The notes beneath the pieces are model-generated. The model was not told the origin of the DNA, searched no databases, and worked only from the letters and a program-made list of their open reading frames with translations. From Ferrovum sp. (GTDB lineage: Bacteria; Pseudomonadota; Gammaproteobacteria; Burkholderiales; Ferrovaceae), in the NCBI GenBank assembly GCA_027450105.1, contig DAIDKJ010000001.1, forward strand, positions 1 through 41,396: a DNA stretch of 41,396 nucleotides, read 5' to 3'. The translations under genes were made by a program, and so were the position numbers. Shown here piece after piece: positions 19,161 through 28,603 of the stretch. The number at the start of each line of letters is the position of its first letter. Within the stretch, counting starts at the first letter, position 1.

Positions 19161-20174
19161 TCAAGTGGAAGGCGTGAACGGGTCAGAATAGAATTCTTCT
19201 GCGGGGAGATTGCGCAGCGTGGTGAATGCTTTGAATCCTGACTCCACCATAATGGGCGCTCCGCAAGCATAGACCTGATAACCGGACAGGTCAGAAAAAT
19301 CATCCAGAATGGCTTGGTGAACCAAACCTGTGCGTCCAGACCAAGGTTGTTCCGGGTTACGGTCAGACAGAACGGGAATGAAGGTGAACTCATTTCCCGA
19401 GGACTCCCATTGACTGGCCAGATCAGCCAGATAGAGATCTGTTTGGCTGCGGACCCCCCAATACAATTTCATGGGCCGTTTGATATTGCGGTGACGGGCG
19501 TATTCCACGATGCCTTTGATGGGGGCAAAACCGGTCGCTCCTGCCATCAGAATGATGGGTTTGTCAGAGTCTTCACGCAAGAAAAAAGTGCCGAGTGGCC
19601 CTTCGAAGCGCAATATGGATTTTTCTTTGAGCTCATTGAACACGAAGTTAGAGAAGTTTCCTCCCGGATAATGTCGGATATGTAGCTCGAGGAACTCCTT
19701 GTCTTGAGGGGCGTTGGCCAAAGAAAAACTGCGTCTTTTGCCATCTTTTAGAAGAAAGTCGATATATTGCCCTGCCATGAATTCGAATTTTTCAGTTGCT
19801 GGTAGTTTTAGGCGCAGAATGACCACATCGTGATTGGGGCGCAGAATGGATTCCACCCTGCAAGGCAACTTCTTGATCTGGATATCCTTGAAACCGCTCA
19901 CTTCCCTGGCTTCTATCACGATGTCACCCAAGGGTTTTGCGCAGCAAAACAGGGTTTTACCGGCGGCGATGTCTTCTGGGCCAAGGGCGGTGGATTGATA
20001 GTTGCCATGGTCTACGGAACCGCTGAGGACCTTCCCTTTGCAACTGCCGCAGGCTCCACTACGGCATCCGAAAGGAAGGCCTACGCCCTCACGTAATGCG
20101 GCCTGGAGAATGGTTTCGCCTTCATGGGCGCTGAATTGGTGACCACTGGGCTGAATGGTGACATGAACGGACAT
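19161..20174 (-). CDS. 2Fe-2S ferredoxin / FAD-NAD(P)-binding oxidoreductase (AscD/Fre-like reductase)
   Basis: ATG 20174 within ORF 19161..20255. Plant-type ferredoxin Cys pattern CRSGACGSC..C, flavin motif RRSFSLAN and NAD(P) motif ILMAGATGFAPIKG. Confidence 0.85.
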   Translation of the reverse strand: MSVHVTIQPSGHQFSAHEGETILQAALREGVGLPFGCRSGACGSCKGKVLSGSVDHGNYQSTALGPEDIAAGKTLFCCAKPLGDIVIEAREVSGFKDIQIKKLPCRVESILRPNHDVVILRLKLPATEKFEFMAGQYIDFLLKDGKRRSFSLANAPQDKEFLELHIRHYPGGNFSNFVFNELKEKSILRFEGPLGTFFLREDSDKPIILMAGATGFAPIKGIVEYARHRNIKRPMKLYWGVRSQTDLYLADLASQWESSGNEFTFIPVLSDRNPEQPWSGRTGLVHQAILDDFSDLSGYQVYACGAPIMVESGFKAFTTLRNLPAEEFYSDPFTPST

Positions 20175-20191
20175 GTTTTTTCCTGAATGAC

Positions 20192-20200
20192 TGCTAGAAT
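20192..20200 (+). promoter_or_regulatory. Candidate extended -10 promoter element (TGcTAGAAT) for the SDR gene
   Basis: TGCTAGAAT ends 9 nt before the ATG at 20209. There is no Shine-Dalgarno in the intervening TTAACGAT. Pattern-based only. Confidence 0.3.
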
Positions 20201-20208
20201 TTAACGAT

Positions 20209-21114
20209 ATGCAACGATGGCTGATAATTGGTTCGGGAGATGTGGCACAGCGCATGGTGGAACGCCTGCGAAGACCACAGCAGCTCTTTTGTCTTTGCCG
20301 CGATGAGGACAGCGCGATGCGCTGGCGGCGCTTGGGCGCGATTCCGTTGCGCGGCGATTTGGATCAACCGGCAACATTGAAACGATTGGCTGGGTTGGCA
20401 TCCGTTGTATTCCATTTTGCTCCACCGCCATTGGTCGGGCTGAAAGACACTCGCACACGGCATTTGATTGCAGCGCTGTCGCAAGGGAAAAGTCTACCAC
20501 AGAGCCTGATCTATATCAGTACCACAGGAGTATATGGCGATTGCCAGGGACAGCAGATCGATGAGGCACGTCCGGTTGAACCCCTGACGGAGAGGGCCAA
20601 ACGTCGTGTGGATGCAGAACAGGAACTACGACGCTTCGGACGACAGACGGGGTGTCGTATCGTGATTTTACGGGCTCCCGGAATTTATGCGGCAGAACGC
20701 TTGCCCTTGGGGAGGCTGCGTCAAACTGTGGCGGTGCCGCTGGAATCACAGGACCCCTGGACCAATCATATCCATGCGCTGGATTTAGCGCAGGCTGCTT
20801 GGCGCGCACAGTGGAAGGGAGGGAGTCAGCGCGTTTATAACGTGGTGGATGATACCCGCATGAGATTGGGAGATTTTTACACCTTGTTGGCACGGCATTT
20901 CGGTTTTCAGCCCCCTTCCCGACTGTCTTTGGAGGCGCTTCGTTTGCACGTGGGAGAAATGAACTGGAGTTTCATGAGGGAATCCAGGCAAATAGAAAAC
21001 CATCGAATCAAACGGGAATTCTCCCTCACGTGGTACTATCCTTCGGTCAGTGGTTTTTTAGCGACCTTGTCAGGCACTGCGCCGGAGCTTTGTGGTACGA
21101 ATAAAAGCGTCTAA
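20209..21114 (+). CDS. NAD(P)-dependent SDR / epimerase-dehydratase family protein
   Basis: Rossmann motif at the extreme N-terminus (WLIIGSGDVAQRMV), YISTTGVYGD, and extended-SDR-like length. Confidence 0.75.
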   Translation: MQRWLIIGSGDVAQRMVERLRRPQQLFCLCRDEDSAMRWRRLGAIPLRGDLDQPATLKRLAGLASVVFHFAPPPLVGLKDTRTRHLIAALSQGKSLPQSLIYISTTGVYGDCQGQQIDEARPVEPLTERAKRRVDAEQELRRFGRQTGCRIVILRAPGIYAAERLPLGRLRQTVAVPLESQDPWTNHIHALDLAQAAWRAQWKGGSQRVYNVVDDTRMRLGDFYTLLARHFGFQPPSRLSLEALRLHVGEMNWSFMRESRQIENHRIKREFSLTWYYPSVSGFLATLSGTAPELCGTNKSV

Positions 21115-21165
21115 CTTCGTTAAAAAACTGGACAACTCCTGCAATAGTGGGGGAAAATTTCGTCC

Positions 21166-21618
21166 ATGCACAACATTCTGGTCCTGCACGGGCCCAATTT
21201 GAATTTACTGGGAAGCCGCGAACCTGCGATCTACGGCTCCGTTACTTTGGCGGATATCGATGCCAGACTGACTGCACTGGCCCAAAACAAGGGTGGGGTC
21301 GTCCACTCTTTCCAGAGTAATTGGGAAGGGGCTCTGATCGATCGTATCCACGAGGCCCGCAGGGATGGGACTGAAGCCCTGTTGATCAATCCCGGAGGCC
21401 TTACTCATACCAGCGTTTCTTTGCGTGATGCTTTGGTGGCAGTTGGTCTTCCATTTATCGAGGTGCATCTGTCAAATGTTCATGCACGTGAGTCCTTTCG
21501 CCATCAATCCTACCTTTCTGCTTGTGCCATAGGAGTGATTACCGGCCTGGGGGTACGGAGTTATGAGTTGGCTCTCGACTATTTGCTGGAATTAAAGGGG
21601 TCACATGGATCTACGTAA
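21166..21618 (+). CDS. aroQ: 3-dehydroquinate dehydratase, type II
   Basis: [35 protein letters not shown] and [15 protein letters not shown]. Confidence 0.93.
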   Translation: MHNILVLHGPNLNLLGSREPAIYGSVTLADIDARLTALAQNKGGVVHSFQSNWEGALIDRIHEARRDGTEALLINPGGLTHTSVSLRDALVAVGLPFIEVHLSNVHARESFRHQSYLSACAIGVITGLGVRSYELALDYLLELKGSHGST

Positions 21619-22081
21619 ACTTAAAAAACTCATCGATCTGGTGCAAGAGTCGGGTATTGCCGAACTGGAAATTACCGAAGGTGAAGAAAAGGTCCGAATT
21701 GCCAAGGCTTCTCCTGCAAATCAGTCGTTCATGGCAGCGCCGCACATGATTCATGCGTATGCACCACAGGCTCCCGCAGGGCCCACACCCACCGTGGAGG
21801 CGCCTGCACCGGCTGACAAGCCAACCATGGAAGAAGAGGGTCATGTGGTCAAATCACCCATGGTGGGGACGTTTTATCGCTCTCCCTCACCTGGGGCGCC
21901 CGCATTTGTGGAAATTGGGCAAAGTGTCTCCGAGGGGCAAACGCTGTGTATCATCGAGGCCATGAAATTGCTCAACGAAATCGAATCCGATGTGTCAGGA
22001 AGCATCAAGCGGATTTTGGTGGACAACGGGCAGCCGATCGAATACGGACAGCCCTTGTTCATCGTGGCTACCGCCTCATAG
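21605..22081 (+). CDS. accB: Acetyl-CoA carboxylase biotin carboxyl carrier protein
   Basis: Pro/Ala-rich linker and biotinyl-lysine motif [15 protein letters not shown]. Overlaps the aroQ 3' end. Confidence 0.93.
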   Translation: MDLRKLKKLIDLVQESGIAELEITEGEEKVRIAKASPANQSFMAAPHMIHAYAPQAPAGPTPTVEAPAPADKPTMEEEGHVVKSPMVGTFYRSPSPGAPAFVEIGQSVSEGQTLCIIEAMKLLNEIESDVSGSIKRILVDNGQPIEYGQPLFIVATAS

Positions 22082-22093
22082 ATAACGACGACC

Positions 22094-23443
22094 ATGTTTG
22101 AGAAAATTCTCATTGCCAACCGGGGCGAAATTGCGCTGCGCGTGCTGCGCGCATGTCGCGAGTTGGGCATTAAAACCGTGGCCGTACATTCGGAGGCGGA
22201 TGCTGATGCCAAGTCTGTGGTGTTGGCCGATGAATCCGTGTGTATTGGCCCTCCCCCTTCGCAACTGAGCTATCTCAATATTCCTGCCATCATCGCATCG
22301 GCTGAAGTGACCGGGGCTGAGGCCATTCATCCGGGATATGGGTTTCTTTCGGAAAATGCCGATTTTGCCGAACGGGTTGAAAATAGCGGATTTGTTTTCA
22401 TTGGGCCGCGGGCCGAAACCATTCGCCTGATGGGTGACAAGATCTGCGCAAAGAGTGCCATGAAAGCCGCCGGTGTTCCAGTTGTTCCAGGATCTGAGGG
22501 ACAGTTACCGGAAGATCCCAAGGAGCTTAAAAAAATTGCCTCAGAGATCGGCTATCCTGTGTTGATCAAGGCAGCGGCCGGTGGGGGTGGTCGTGGCATG
22601 CGTGTGGTGGATAAGGAAGAGGACCTGTTGTCATCTCTGGACCTGACACGTGGTGAGGCCCGTGCCGCCTTTGGCAATGATACGGTCTACATGGAAAAGT
22701 ATCTTAGCCAGCCGCGGCATATCGAAATTCAGGTCTTGTCCGATGAGCACGGCAATGCCATCTATCTGGGCGAGCGCGATTGCTCCATGCAGCGGCGGCA
22801 TCAGAAGATCATCGAGGAAGCACCGGCTCCGGGGCTTACCGAAAAAATGCGTCAAAGAATCGGTGAAAGCTGCGTTGCCGCGTGCAAACGAATCAAGTAT
22901 CGGGGTGCTGGAACATTTGAGTTTCTTTATGAAAACGGTGAATTCTATTTCATCGAGATGAACACGCGAGTGCAGGTGGAACACCCGGTGACCGAGTTGA
23001 TCACGGGTGTGGATATCGTCCAGGAGCAAATCCGGATTGCGGCCGGCGAAAAATTGGCCATTCGCCAAAAGGACGTTCTGTTGCGAGGGCATGCCCTGGA
23101 ATGCCGAATCAATGCCGAAGACCCTTTTACCTTCATTCCCTCACCCGGGCGGATTACCCAATATCATGCACCGGGTGGACCAGGTACCCGGGTAGACTCA
23201 CACATCTACCATAACTATTTCGTTCCTCCTTACTATGACTCCCTGATTGCCAAGGTGCTGACCCACGGTGCAACCCGAGAGCAGGCGCTAGCCCGAATGC
23301 GTATCGCACTGTCCGAGATGGTGGTGGAAGGCATCAAAACAAACATTCCCTTGCATCAGCAACTGTTGATGGATAAGGAATTCATGAAGGGCGGTACCAG
23401 CATCCACTATCTGGAAGAAAAGCTGGCAAAAAGCAAGTTGTAA
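22094..23443 (+). CDS. accC: Acetyl-CoA carboxylase biotin carboxylase subunit
   Basis: [29 protein letters not shown]-grasp [10 protein letters not shown] and [14 protein letters not shown]. Confidence 0.95.
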   Translation: MFEKILIANRGEIALRVLRACRELGIKTVAVHSEADADAKSVVLADESVCIGPPPSQLSYLNIPAIIASAEVTGAEAIHPGYGFLSENADFAERVENSGFVFIGPRAETIRLMGDKICAKSAMKAAGVPVVPGSEGQLPEDPKELKKIASEIGYPVLIKAAAGGGGRGMRVVDKEEDLLSSLDLTRGEARAAFGNDTVYMEKYLSQPRHIEIQVLSDEHGNAIYLGERDCSMQRRHQKIIEEAPAPGLTEKMRQRIGESCVAACKRIKYRGAGTFEFLYENGEFYFIEMNTRVQVEHPVTELITGVDIVQEQIRIAAGEKLAIRQKDVLLRGHALECRINAEDPFTFIPSPGRITQYHAPGGPGTRVDSHIYHNYFVPPYYDSLIAKVLTHGATREQALARMRIALSEMVVEGIKTNIPLHQQLLMDKEFMKGGTSIHYLEEKLAKSKL

Positions 23444-23445
23444 TC

Positions 23446-24363
23446 ATGGCCTGGAAGCGTGTCATCATTGAAGTCTCCAGCGGGGAGGCGGAAGCGCTTT
23501 CCGATGCGCTGATGGCCTGTGGCGCTCTGGCCGCCAGCATTGAACAGAATCTGGCCATTGCGGGAGAGTGGGAACTCTTTGGTGAGCCCGGTGAACGGGT
23601 TGCAGCGCTTTGGCCCCATTGTCTGGTGGATGCGCTGCTCCCTCTGGAACGGGATGAAAACCCGCTGATTCATCAAGCCCTGGAACTGAGCGGGATTCGG
23701 GATATGCCTGCCTGGCAGGTTGACGTGGTGGCTGATCAGGATTGGGTGCGCTTGACCCAAAGCCAGTTTGATCCCATCGAAGTGCGGCCAAAACTCTGGA
23801 TTGTTCCAACCTGGCACCAACCGCCAGACCCTCATGCGGTGAACATCCGCCTCGATCCGGGACAGGCTTTTGGTACCGGAAGCCATCCGACCACACAATT
23901 ATGTTTGCGCTGGTTGGCCGAGCATCCTGCTTTGTCCCAGGAGTCCTTGCTGGATTATGGTTGTGGTTCTGGAATCCTGGCTATTGCCGCCAGCCTGCTG
24001 GGGGCAAACCCAGTGGTGGGAGTGGATATCGATCCGGTGGCGGTAGAAACGGCCTGCGCCAATGGGCTCAGAAATCAGGCTTCTTGCGTGTTTCTACTGC
24101 CATCACAACTCTCCACAGCCACACCCTTTGATGGGATCGTGGCCAATATTTTGTCAGCCCCTCTGATCATGCTGGCACCCTTGTTGATGCAATATCTCAA
24201 ACCAGGAGGTTGGATCACCCTGTCGGGAATATTGACGCGCCAGTCTGACAAGGTCATTGCAGCCTATGCGCCCCATTGCGCCCTTCAAGTCGTGGGCAAG
24301 TCTGACGGTTGGGTTTGTTTGTCAGGCTTCCGGATTGCATCCAAGCGCAGTCCAAAAACCTGA
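23446..24363 (+). CDS. prmA: Ribosomal protein L11 methyltransferase
   Basis: DPGQAFGTGSHPTTQLCL and LLDYGCGSGILAIAA. Classical accBC-prmA arrangement. Confidence 0.92.
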   Translation: MAWKRVIIEVSSGEAEALSDALMACGALAASIEQNLAIAGEWELFGEPGERVAALWPHCLVDALLPLERDENPLIHQALELSGIRDMPAWQVDVVADQDWVRLTQSQFDPIEVRPKLWIVPTWHQPPDPHAVNIRLDPGQAFGTGSHPTTQLCLRWLAEHPALSQESLLDYGCGSGILAIAASLLGANPVVGVDIDPVAVETACANGLRNQASCVFLLPSQLSTATPFDGIVANILSAPLIMLAPLLMQYLKPGGWITLSGILTRQSDKVIAAYAPHCALQVVGKSDGWVCLSGFRIASKRSPKT

Positions 24364-24450
24364 AACGGGCCTGTGCACTGCGGGGTGAAGGTGACGAAAT
24401 GGGAGGAGGATCAGTTATACTGCGCTGAACCTTCACCTGGAGCCGGTGCC

Positions 24451-24828
24451 ATGTCCGATCCTGACGACCGAAAATATACCCCAACCCACCTGTGGGTTTT
24501 GCCGGAGCAATCTGGCGATCTTCTGGTAGGCATTACGGATTTTGCCCAGAACCAATTGGGAGATATTCTGTTTGTTCAACTTCCCTGCGTGGGCCAGGTT
24601 CTTGCAGCTCAAGCGTCTTGCGCTGTCGTGGAGTCGGTCAAATCGGCCTCCGATATTCAGGCCCCGCTAGCGGGGGTGGTATCGGGGGTAAACGCAGCGC
24701 TTTGTGAAACCCCTGAAGTACTTAATACCCTGCCGTACGACAACTGGTTGTTTAAACTGCATCCTGCCAACCCGGCAGAGGTTGCGCAGCTGCTCACTGT
24801 CGAGCAATATCACGCATTCATGGAATAG
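24451..24828 (+). CDS. gcvH: Glycine-cleavage H-protein family lipoyl carrier (no gcvT/gcvP adjacent)
   Basis: ATG 24451 inside ORF 24373..24828. YTPTHLWV..VGITDFAQNQLGDILFVQLP and lipoyl-lysine motif VVESVKSASDIQAP. Confidence 0.8.
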   Translation: MSDPDDRKYTPTHLWVLPEQSGDLLVGITDFAQNQLGDILFVQLPCVGQVLAAQASCAVVESVKSASDIQAPLAGVVSGVNAALCETPEVLNTLPYDNWLFKLHPANPAEVAQLLTVEQYHAFME

Positions 24829-24837
24829 GAGAACAAC

Positions 24838-25341
24838 ATGTCAACGGTTACTTTGGCTGGAAACAGCATTACAGTGGCAGGACAATTCCCCCAAGTGGGG
24901 CAGATCGCCCCGGATTTTTCCTTGACTGGGAAAGATCTGGCAGAAAATTCTCTCGCAACATTTTCCGGACGGCGAAAAATACTCAATATCGTGCCGAGTC
25001 TCGATACTCCCACGTGCGCCACTTCAACCCGCAAATTCAATGAAACTGCGGCTGGTTTGAGCCAGACGGTGGTCTTGGTGATATCTGCCGACCTCCCCTT
25101 TGCCATGTCCCGCTTTTGTGTGGCTGAAGGCCTGGAGGGGGTTGTGACCTTATCCACCTTTCGCGCCCCGGGATTTCATCGCGATTATGGCGTCGATATC
25201 ACGGACGGACCCCTGCGAGGCTTGACGGCGCGAGCGGTGGTGGTTCTGGATGAAAACAATCGGGTGCTCCACGCACAACTCGTACCGGAAATCAAAAATG
25301 AGCCGGACTATGAGGCTGCTCTGGCTGTTTTGCGCGGATGA
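24838..25341 (+). CDS. tpx: Thiol peroxidase (atypical 2-Cys peroxiredoxin)
   Basis: [17 protein letters not shown] (peroxidatic Cys) and SRFCVAEG (resolving Cys). Confidence 0.92.
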   Translation: MSTVTLAGNSITVAGQFPQVGQIAPDFSLTGKDLAENSLATFSGRRKILNIVPSLDTPTCATSTRKFNETAAGLSQTVVLVISADLPFAMSRFCVAEGLEGVVTLSTFRAPGFHRDYGVDITDGPLRGLTARAVVVLDENNRVLHAQLVPEIKNEPDYEAALAVLRG

Positions 25342-26276
25342 AGACATTGATTTGTGGGTCCATGGCTTACGACACCATCATGGTGTTTGAAGACCGGTTT
25401 CAACATCACATCCTGCCCGAGAAAATACATATTCTAAGTGTGGCTTTTCTAGTGCCAGAAATGCGCAAGGAGTTTGGCGGAACCGCAGGAAATATTGCCT
25501 ATAACCTGAAATTATTGGGTGAAAACCCCATGATCATGGCAACTGCTGGGCGTGATTTTGCAGACTATAGCCAACGTTTGAGAGATCTGGATATCGATCA
25601 GGGATTCATTCGGCTGATTCCGGACAGTTATACTGCGCAGGCTTTCATTACGACGGATCTGGATGACAATCAGATCACGGCATTTCACCCTGGCGCCATG
25701 AATTTTTCACACCTGAATCACGTCCCCGATAATCAGGAGGTGCGATTTGGCCTGATTGCACCGGATGGTCGTGAGGGCATGATGCAGCACGCACGACAGT
25801 TTGCTGCGGCGCAGATTCCTTTTCTCTTCGATCCCGGCCAGGGGCTTCCCATGTTTTCGGGTGGCGAGTTACTGGCGTTTTTAGAGTTGGCCTCTTATCT
25901 GGCTGTGAACGACTATGAAGCGACCTTGCTGTGTGAAAAAACAGGCCGTTCCTTCGAACAGTTAGCGGCCATGGTACAGGCGGCCGTAGTGACCAAAGGC
26001 GCCGAGGGATCCGTGATCCATACTCCAGAAGGATTGATCAGCATTCCTGCTGTTCGTCCGGAAGTTGTGGCAGATCCTACGGGTTGTGGTGATGCCTACC
26101 GCGCCGGCTTGATTTACGGTCTCTCCAGACAATGGCCATGGGCTAAAACGGGACGCTTGGCCTCCTTGATGGGGGCTTTGAAAATTGCCCATCGGGGTGG
26201 ACAAAACCACCGTTACACGCGTTCCGAGATCTCTCTGCGTTTTCAGCAAGCCTTTGGTATCGACATGGATTCATGA
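25338..26276 (+). CDS. PfkB-family carbohydrate/nucleoside kinase
   Basis: [16 protein letters not shown] and C-terminal anion-hole motif [20 protein letters not shown] overlap with tpx. Confidence 0.85.
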   Translation: MKTLICGSMAYDTIMVFEDRFQHHILPEKIHILSVAFLVPEMRKEFGGTAGNIAYNLKLLGENPMIMATAGRDFADYSQRLRDLDIDQGFIRLIPDSYTAQAFITTDLDDNQITAFHPGAMNFSHLNHVPDNQEVRFGLIAPDGREGMMQHARQFAAAQIPFLFDPGQGLPMFSGGELLAFLELASYLAVNDYEATLLCEKTGRSFEQLAAMVQAAVVTKGAEGSVIHTPEGLISIPAVRPEVVADPTGCGDAYRAGLIYGLSRQWPWAKTGRLASLMGALKIAHRGGQNHRYTRSEISLRFQQAFGIDMDS

Positions 26277-27106
26277 GTAAGTTAGCGCTTACTCTGCGTT
26301 TGTTTCTTGTTAGTACTCATGTGCTGCGAGGAGTATTGGTCACAGCTTGGATACTGCCGCGAATTGCCCGAGAGGATCGCAACCAGGCCATCCAACGCTG
26401 GGCCAGGCAACTGTTGCGGATTTTGCGCATTGACTGGCGAGTGTCTGGAGCGTTGCCATCCCCGGATCAGTTTCCCGTCCTGTTAACCTCCAATCACGTC
26501 TCATGGGTTGATATCTTTGTTATCCAGGCGCTCTACCCTGTCCGCTTTGTCTCTAAATCTGAAGTCAGAGCATGGCCGGTATTTGGTTGGCTAGCTGCTC
26601 GCACGGGCACCTTGTTTTTGGCGCGTGCTTCACGTCGACAAACGGCGGAAATTGGCGCCCAAATGCAGTCCGTTTTGGCGCAAGGCGATAGTCTGGGATT
26701 GTTTCCCGAGTCCACTACCTCCGATGGCCAAACCGTATTGCCCTTTAGAAGCCCAATGCTTCAAGCTGCGATAGATAGTAAGCGCCCACTTCTTCCTATA
26801 TTCATCCATTATAAACTGTCTGATGGGCAAGCGAACCCTCATCTGCCATTCGTTGGCTCCATGACATTTGTGGAATCTCTGCTCAAAATCCTTAACGGAC
26901 CAGCAGCCATAGTGGACATTCGGATAGGGCCAATGACCCACCCCTTGCAGCAACATCGACGGGAGTTGGCGCTGGTGCTGGAACAGCACACACGGGCCTT
27001 AATGGTGGGAGCGACGAGGACAGGACACCTGGAACAGGGCGAGGTCATCCAAACGTACGGCAGTGAGGCTGCCTCCCCACAGACAGCCAGTATCCAATGC
27101 CAATAA
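26273..27106 (+). CDS. PlsC-family lysophospholipid acyltransferase
   Basis: HxxxxD motif SNHVSWVDIF and LFPESTTSDG. ATGA overlap with the kinase gene. The last 108 nt overlap the convergent apaH. Confidence 0.82.
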   Translation: MSKLALTLRLFLVSTHVLRGVLVTAWILPRIAREDRNQAIQRWARQLLRILRIDWRVSGALPSPDQFPVLLTSNHVSWVDIFVIQALYPVRFVSKSEVRAWPVFGWLAARTGTLFLARASRRQTAEIGAQMQSVLAQGDSLGLFPESTTSDGQTVLPFRSPMLQAAIDSKRPLLPIFIHYKLSDGQANPHLPFVGSMTFVESLLKILNGPAAIVDIRIGPMTHPLQQHRRELALVLEQHTRALMVGATRTGHLEQGEVIQTYGSEAASPQTASIQCQ

Positions 27107-27847
27107 TCGAGAGGGCTGGTCCAAATGGAGTCCGAGGGCAGACCAATGCCCAAAGATCAGGTTTTCGCCCGCTGAGCGGCGTCCCGGTACGTGAAACCAG
27201 GGCATATATCCCTTGGGGATATCGCCCAGGGCGCCCTTGTGCGCAAATTCCATGGTGCCATCCGCAGAGCAGATTCGCAGTCGCGTCAAGGCATTGGTAA
27301 TCAGGCGCAGTCGGTCCATGCCGGTGAGCCCCTTGGACCAGCGATGGGGTCGATTTCCATACATCTCTTTCAAAAACTCCCGGTAGGATGCCGAGCGCAG
27401 CGCTTGTTCCACTTCTCCAGCCAGTTCTTTGGCCTGGCGGATATCCCACTGAGGAAGCAAACCGGCATGAACCATGGTGTAGCCGTGTGAGCAATGGATA
27501 AGGGGACGCTGGCGTAGCCATTCCAGGAGCTCGCCCCGATCACTGGCCGCAAGCACGCCTTCCAAAGTGTCACCGTGGTGAAGGGGGGCGAATCCCTCGG
27601 AAACACTCAGCAAATGCAGATCATGATTGCCTAAAACACATACTGCACGGGACCCTAAGCCTTTCACATAACGCAATACTTCCAGGGAATGCGGGCCACG
27701 GTTTACCAGATCTCCCACAAACCATAATTGGTCCTGATCCCAACGCAGCGGAAGGCGTGTCAACAGCAGCTCCAGAGATTCAAAGCATCCCTGGAGATCG
27801 CCAATGGCGTAAATACTCACCGCGGACGCATCAGCATCGCAGGGCAA
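26999..27847 (-). CDS. apaH: Bis(5'-nucleosyl)-tetraphosphatase, symmetrical
   Basis: Metallophosphatase motifs YAIGDLQGC, FVGDLVNRGP and LGNHDLHLL. There is no in-frame ATG near the N-terminus; the start is TTG 27847 or GTG 27820. Confidence 0.88.
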   Translation of the reverse strand: MPCDADASAVSIYAIGDLQGCFESLELLLTRLPLRWDQDQLWFVGDLVNRGPHSLEVLRYVKGLGSRAVCVLGNHDLHLLSVSEGFAPLHHGDTLEGVLAASDRGELLEWLRQRPLIHCSHGYTMVHAGLLPQWDIRQAKELAGEVEQALRSASYREFLKEMYGNRPHRWSKGLTGMDRLRLITNALTRLRICSADGTMEFAHKGALGDIPKGYMPWFHVPGRRSAGENLIFGHWSALGLHLDQPSRLLALDTGCLWGGSLTAVRLDDLALFQVSCPRRSHH

Positions 27848-27888
27848 AAATGAACATCATGAGGGCCCTGTTTGGAAGAAGAAGTCAA

Positions 27889-28386
27889 CTATTTGGCAGC
27901 CGCAACCATGTAATCCACTGTGGCCTTGACGTCGGCATCTGAAAGCCCCGGGTTACCCCCCTTGGCAGGCATGTTTTTCTTGCCCTTGAGCGCGTTGTTG
28001 TAGAGCGTTTCCATCCCTTGAGCAATGCGAGGGGCCCAGGCGGCCTTATCCCCAAATTTGGGTGACCCCAAGGCGCCCGAGGCGTGGCAACCCATGCAGA
28101 GGGAGTTGTAAGTGGTTTCTCCAACCTTGTTAGCGGCGCCAGAAGAACCGCCAGAACTGGAGGCATCAGGCGAAGCCGCTGCCGGCCGTGCGGCTGCGAT
28201 GCTGACTTCTGCGGTTGGTTTGATGCGCTCTTCCACCGTTGATTTGATCGCCGCACTGTCCTGAGAGGCCGCGTGGACCGTGCTGCCCGTCATATCGCGA
28301 AACAGGGTCACGGCCAAGACCGCAAACCCGGCAACGAACACTCTCCTGATAGTGGAGGAACCGGTACTGGAAATCACCTTTGTCAT
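27889..28386 (-). CDS. Membrane-anchored class I cytochrome c (c5-like)
   Basis: ATG 28386 preceded by GGGGAG. N-terminal TM RRVFVAGFAVLAVTLF, an Ala/Ser-rich linker, the single haem motif CMGCHASGALGSPKFGD and MPAKGG (axial Met). Confidence 0.85.
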   Translation of the reverse strand: MTKVISSTGSSTIRRVFVAGFAVLAVTLFRDMTGSTVHAASQDSAAIKSTVEERIKPTAEVSIAAARPAAASPDASSSGGSSGAANKVGETTYNSLCMGCHASGALGSPKFGDKAAWAPRIAQGMETLYNNALKGKKNMPAKGGNPGLSDADVKATVDYMVAAAK

Positions 28387-28603
28387 GAAAAACTCCCCTG
28401 CAATGAATGGATGAAATGCACCACCCCATTGTACTCCGTCTGAGCCAGTGCATATTTTGCGTTGCGTCAAAAATGAGCGCGATGCCAGTCGTGTCTCCTC
28501 TTCATCCTCCTGTCATATCTCCCGGGCAAACTGGGTGAGGCAAGCCCCACTGTAACCGCGGTTTGCATCGCCAAATCTACCGCCCCGAAGCTATGGAGAA
28601 ATC

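Noticed and set aside
24039-24050. ops/JUMPstart-like GGCGGTAG octamer
   Set aside because: It lies inside the prmA coding sequence, lacks the downstream TG of GGCGGTAGnnTG, and is not in any LPS operon leader. It is a chance match.
24384-24437. 9-bp inverted repeat (GGTGAAGGT ... ACCTTCACC) upstream of the gcvH-like gene, considered as a glycine riboswitch
   Set aside because: The 88-nt spacer is too short for a glycine aptamer and lacks its conserved cores. The loop is 36 nt. It is probably an incidental or simple leader structure.
28510-28516. Pho-box half-site CTGTCAT(A) upstream of the phosphoesterase gene
   Set aside because: The second 7-bp repeat, expected 4 nt downstream, reads CCCGGGC instead, so there is no complete PhoB site. 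Pho regulation remains plausible biologically, but this sequence does not show it.
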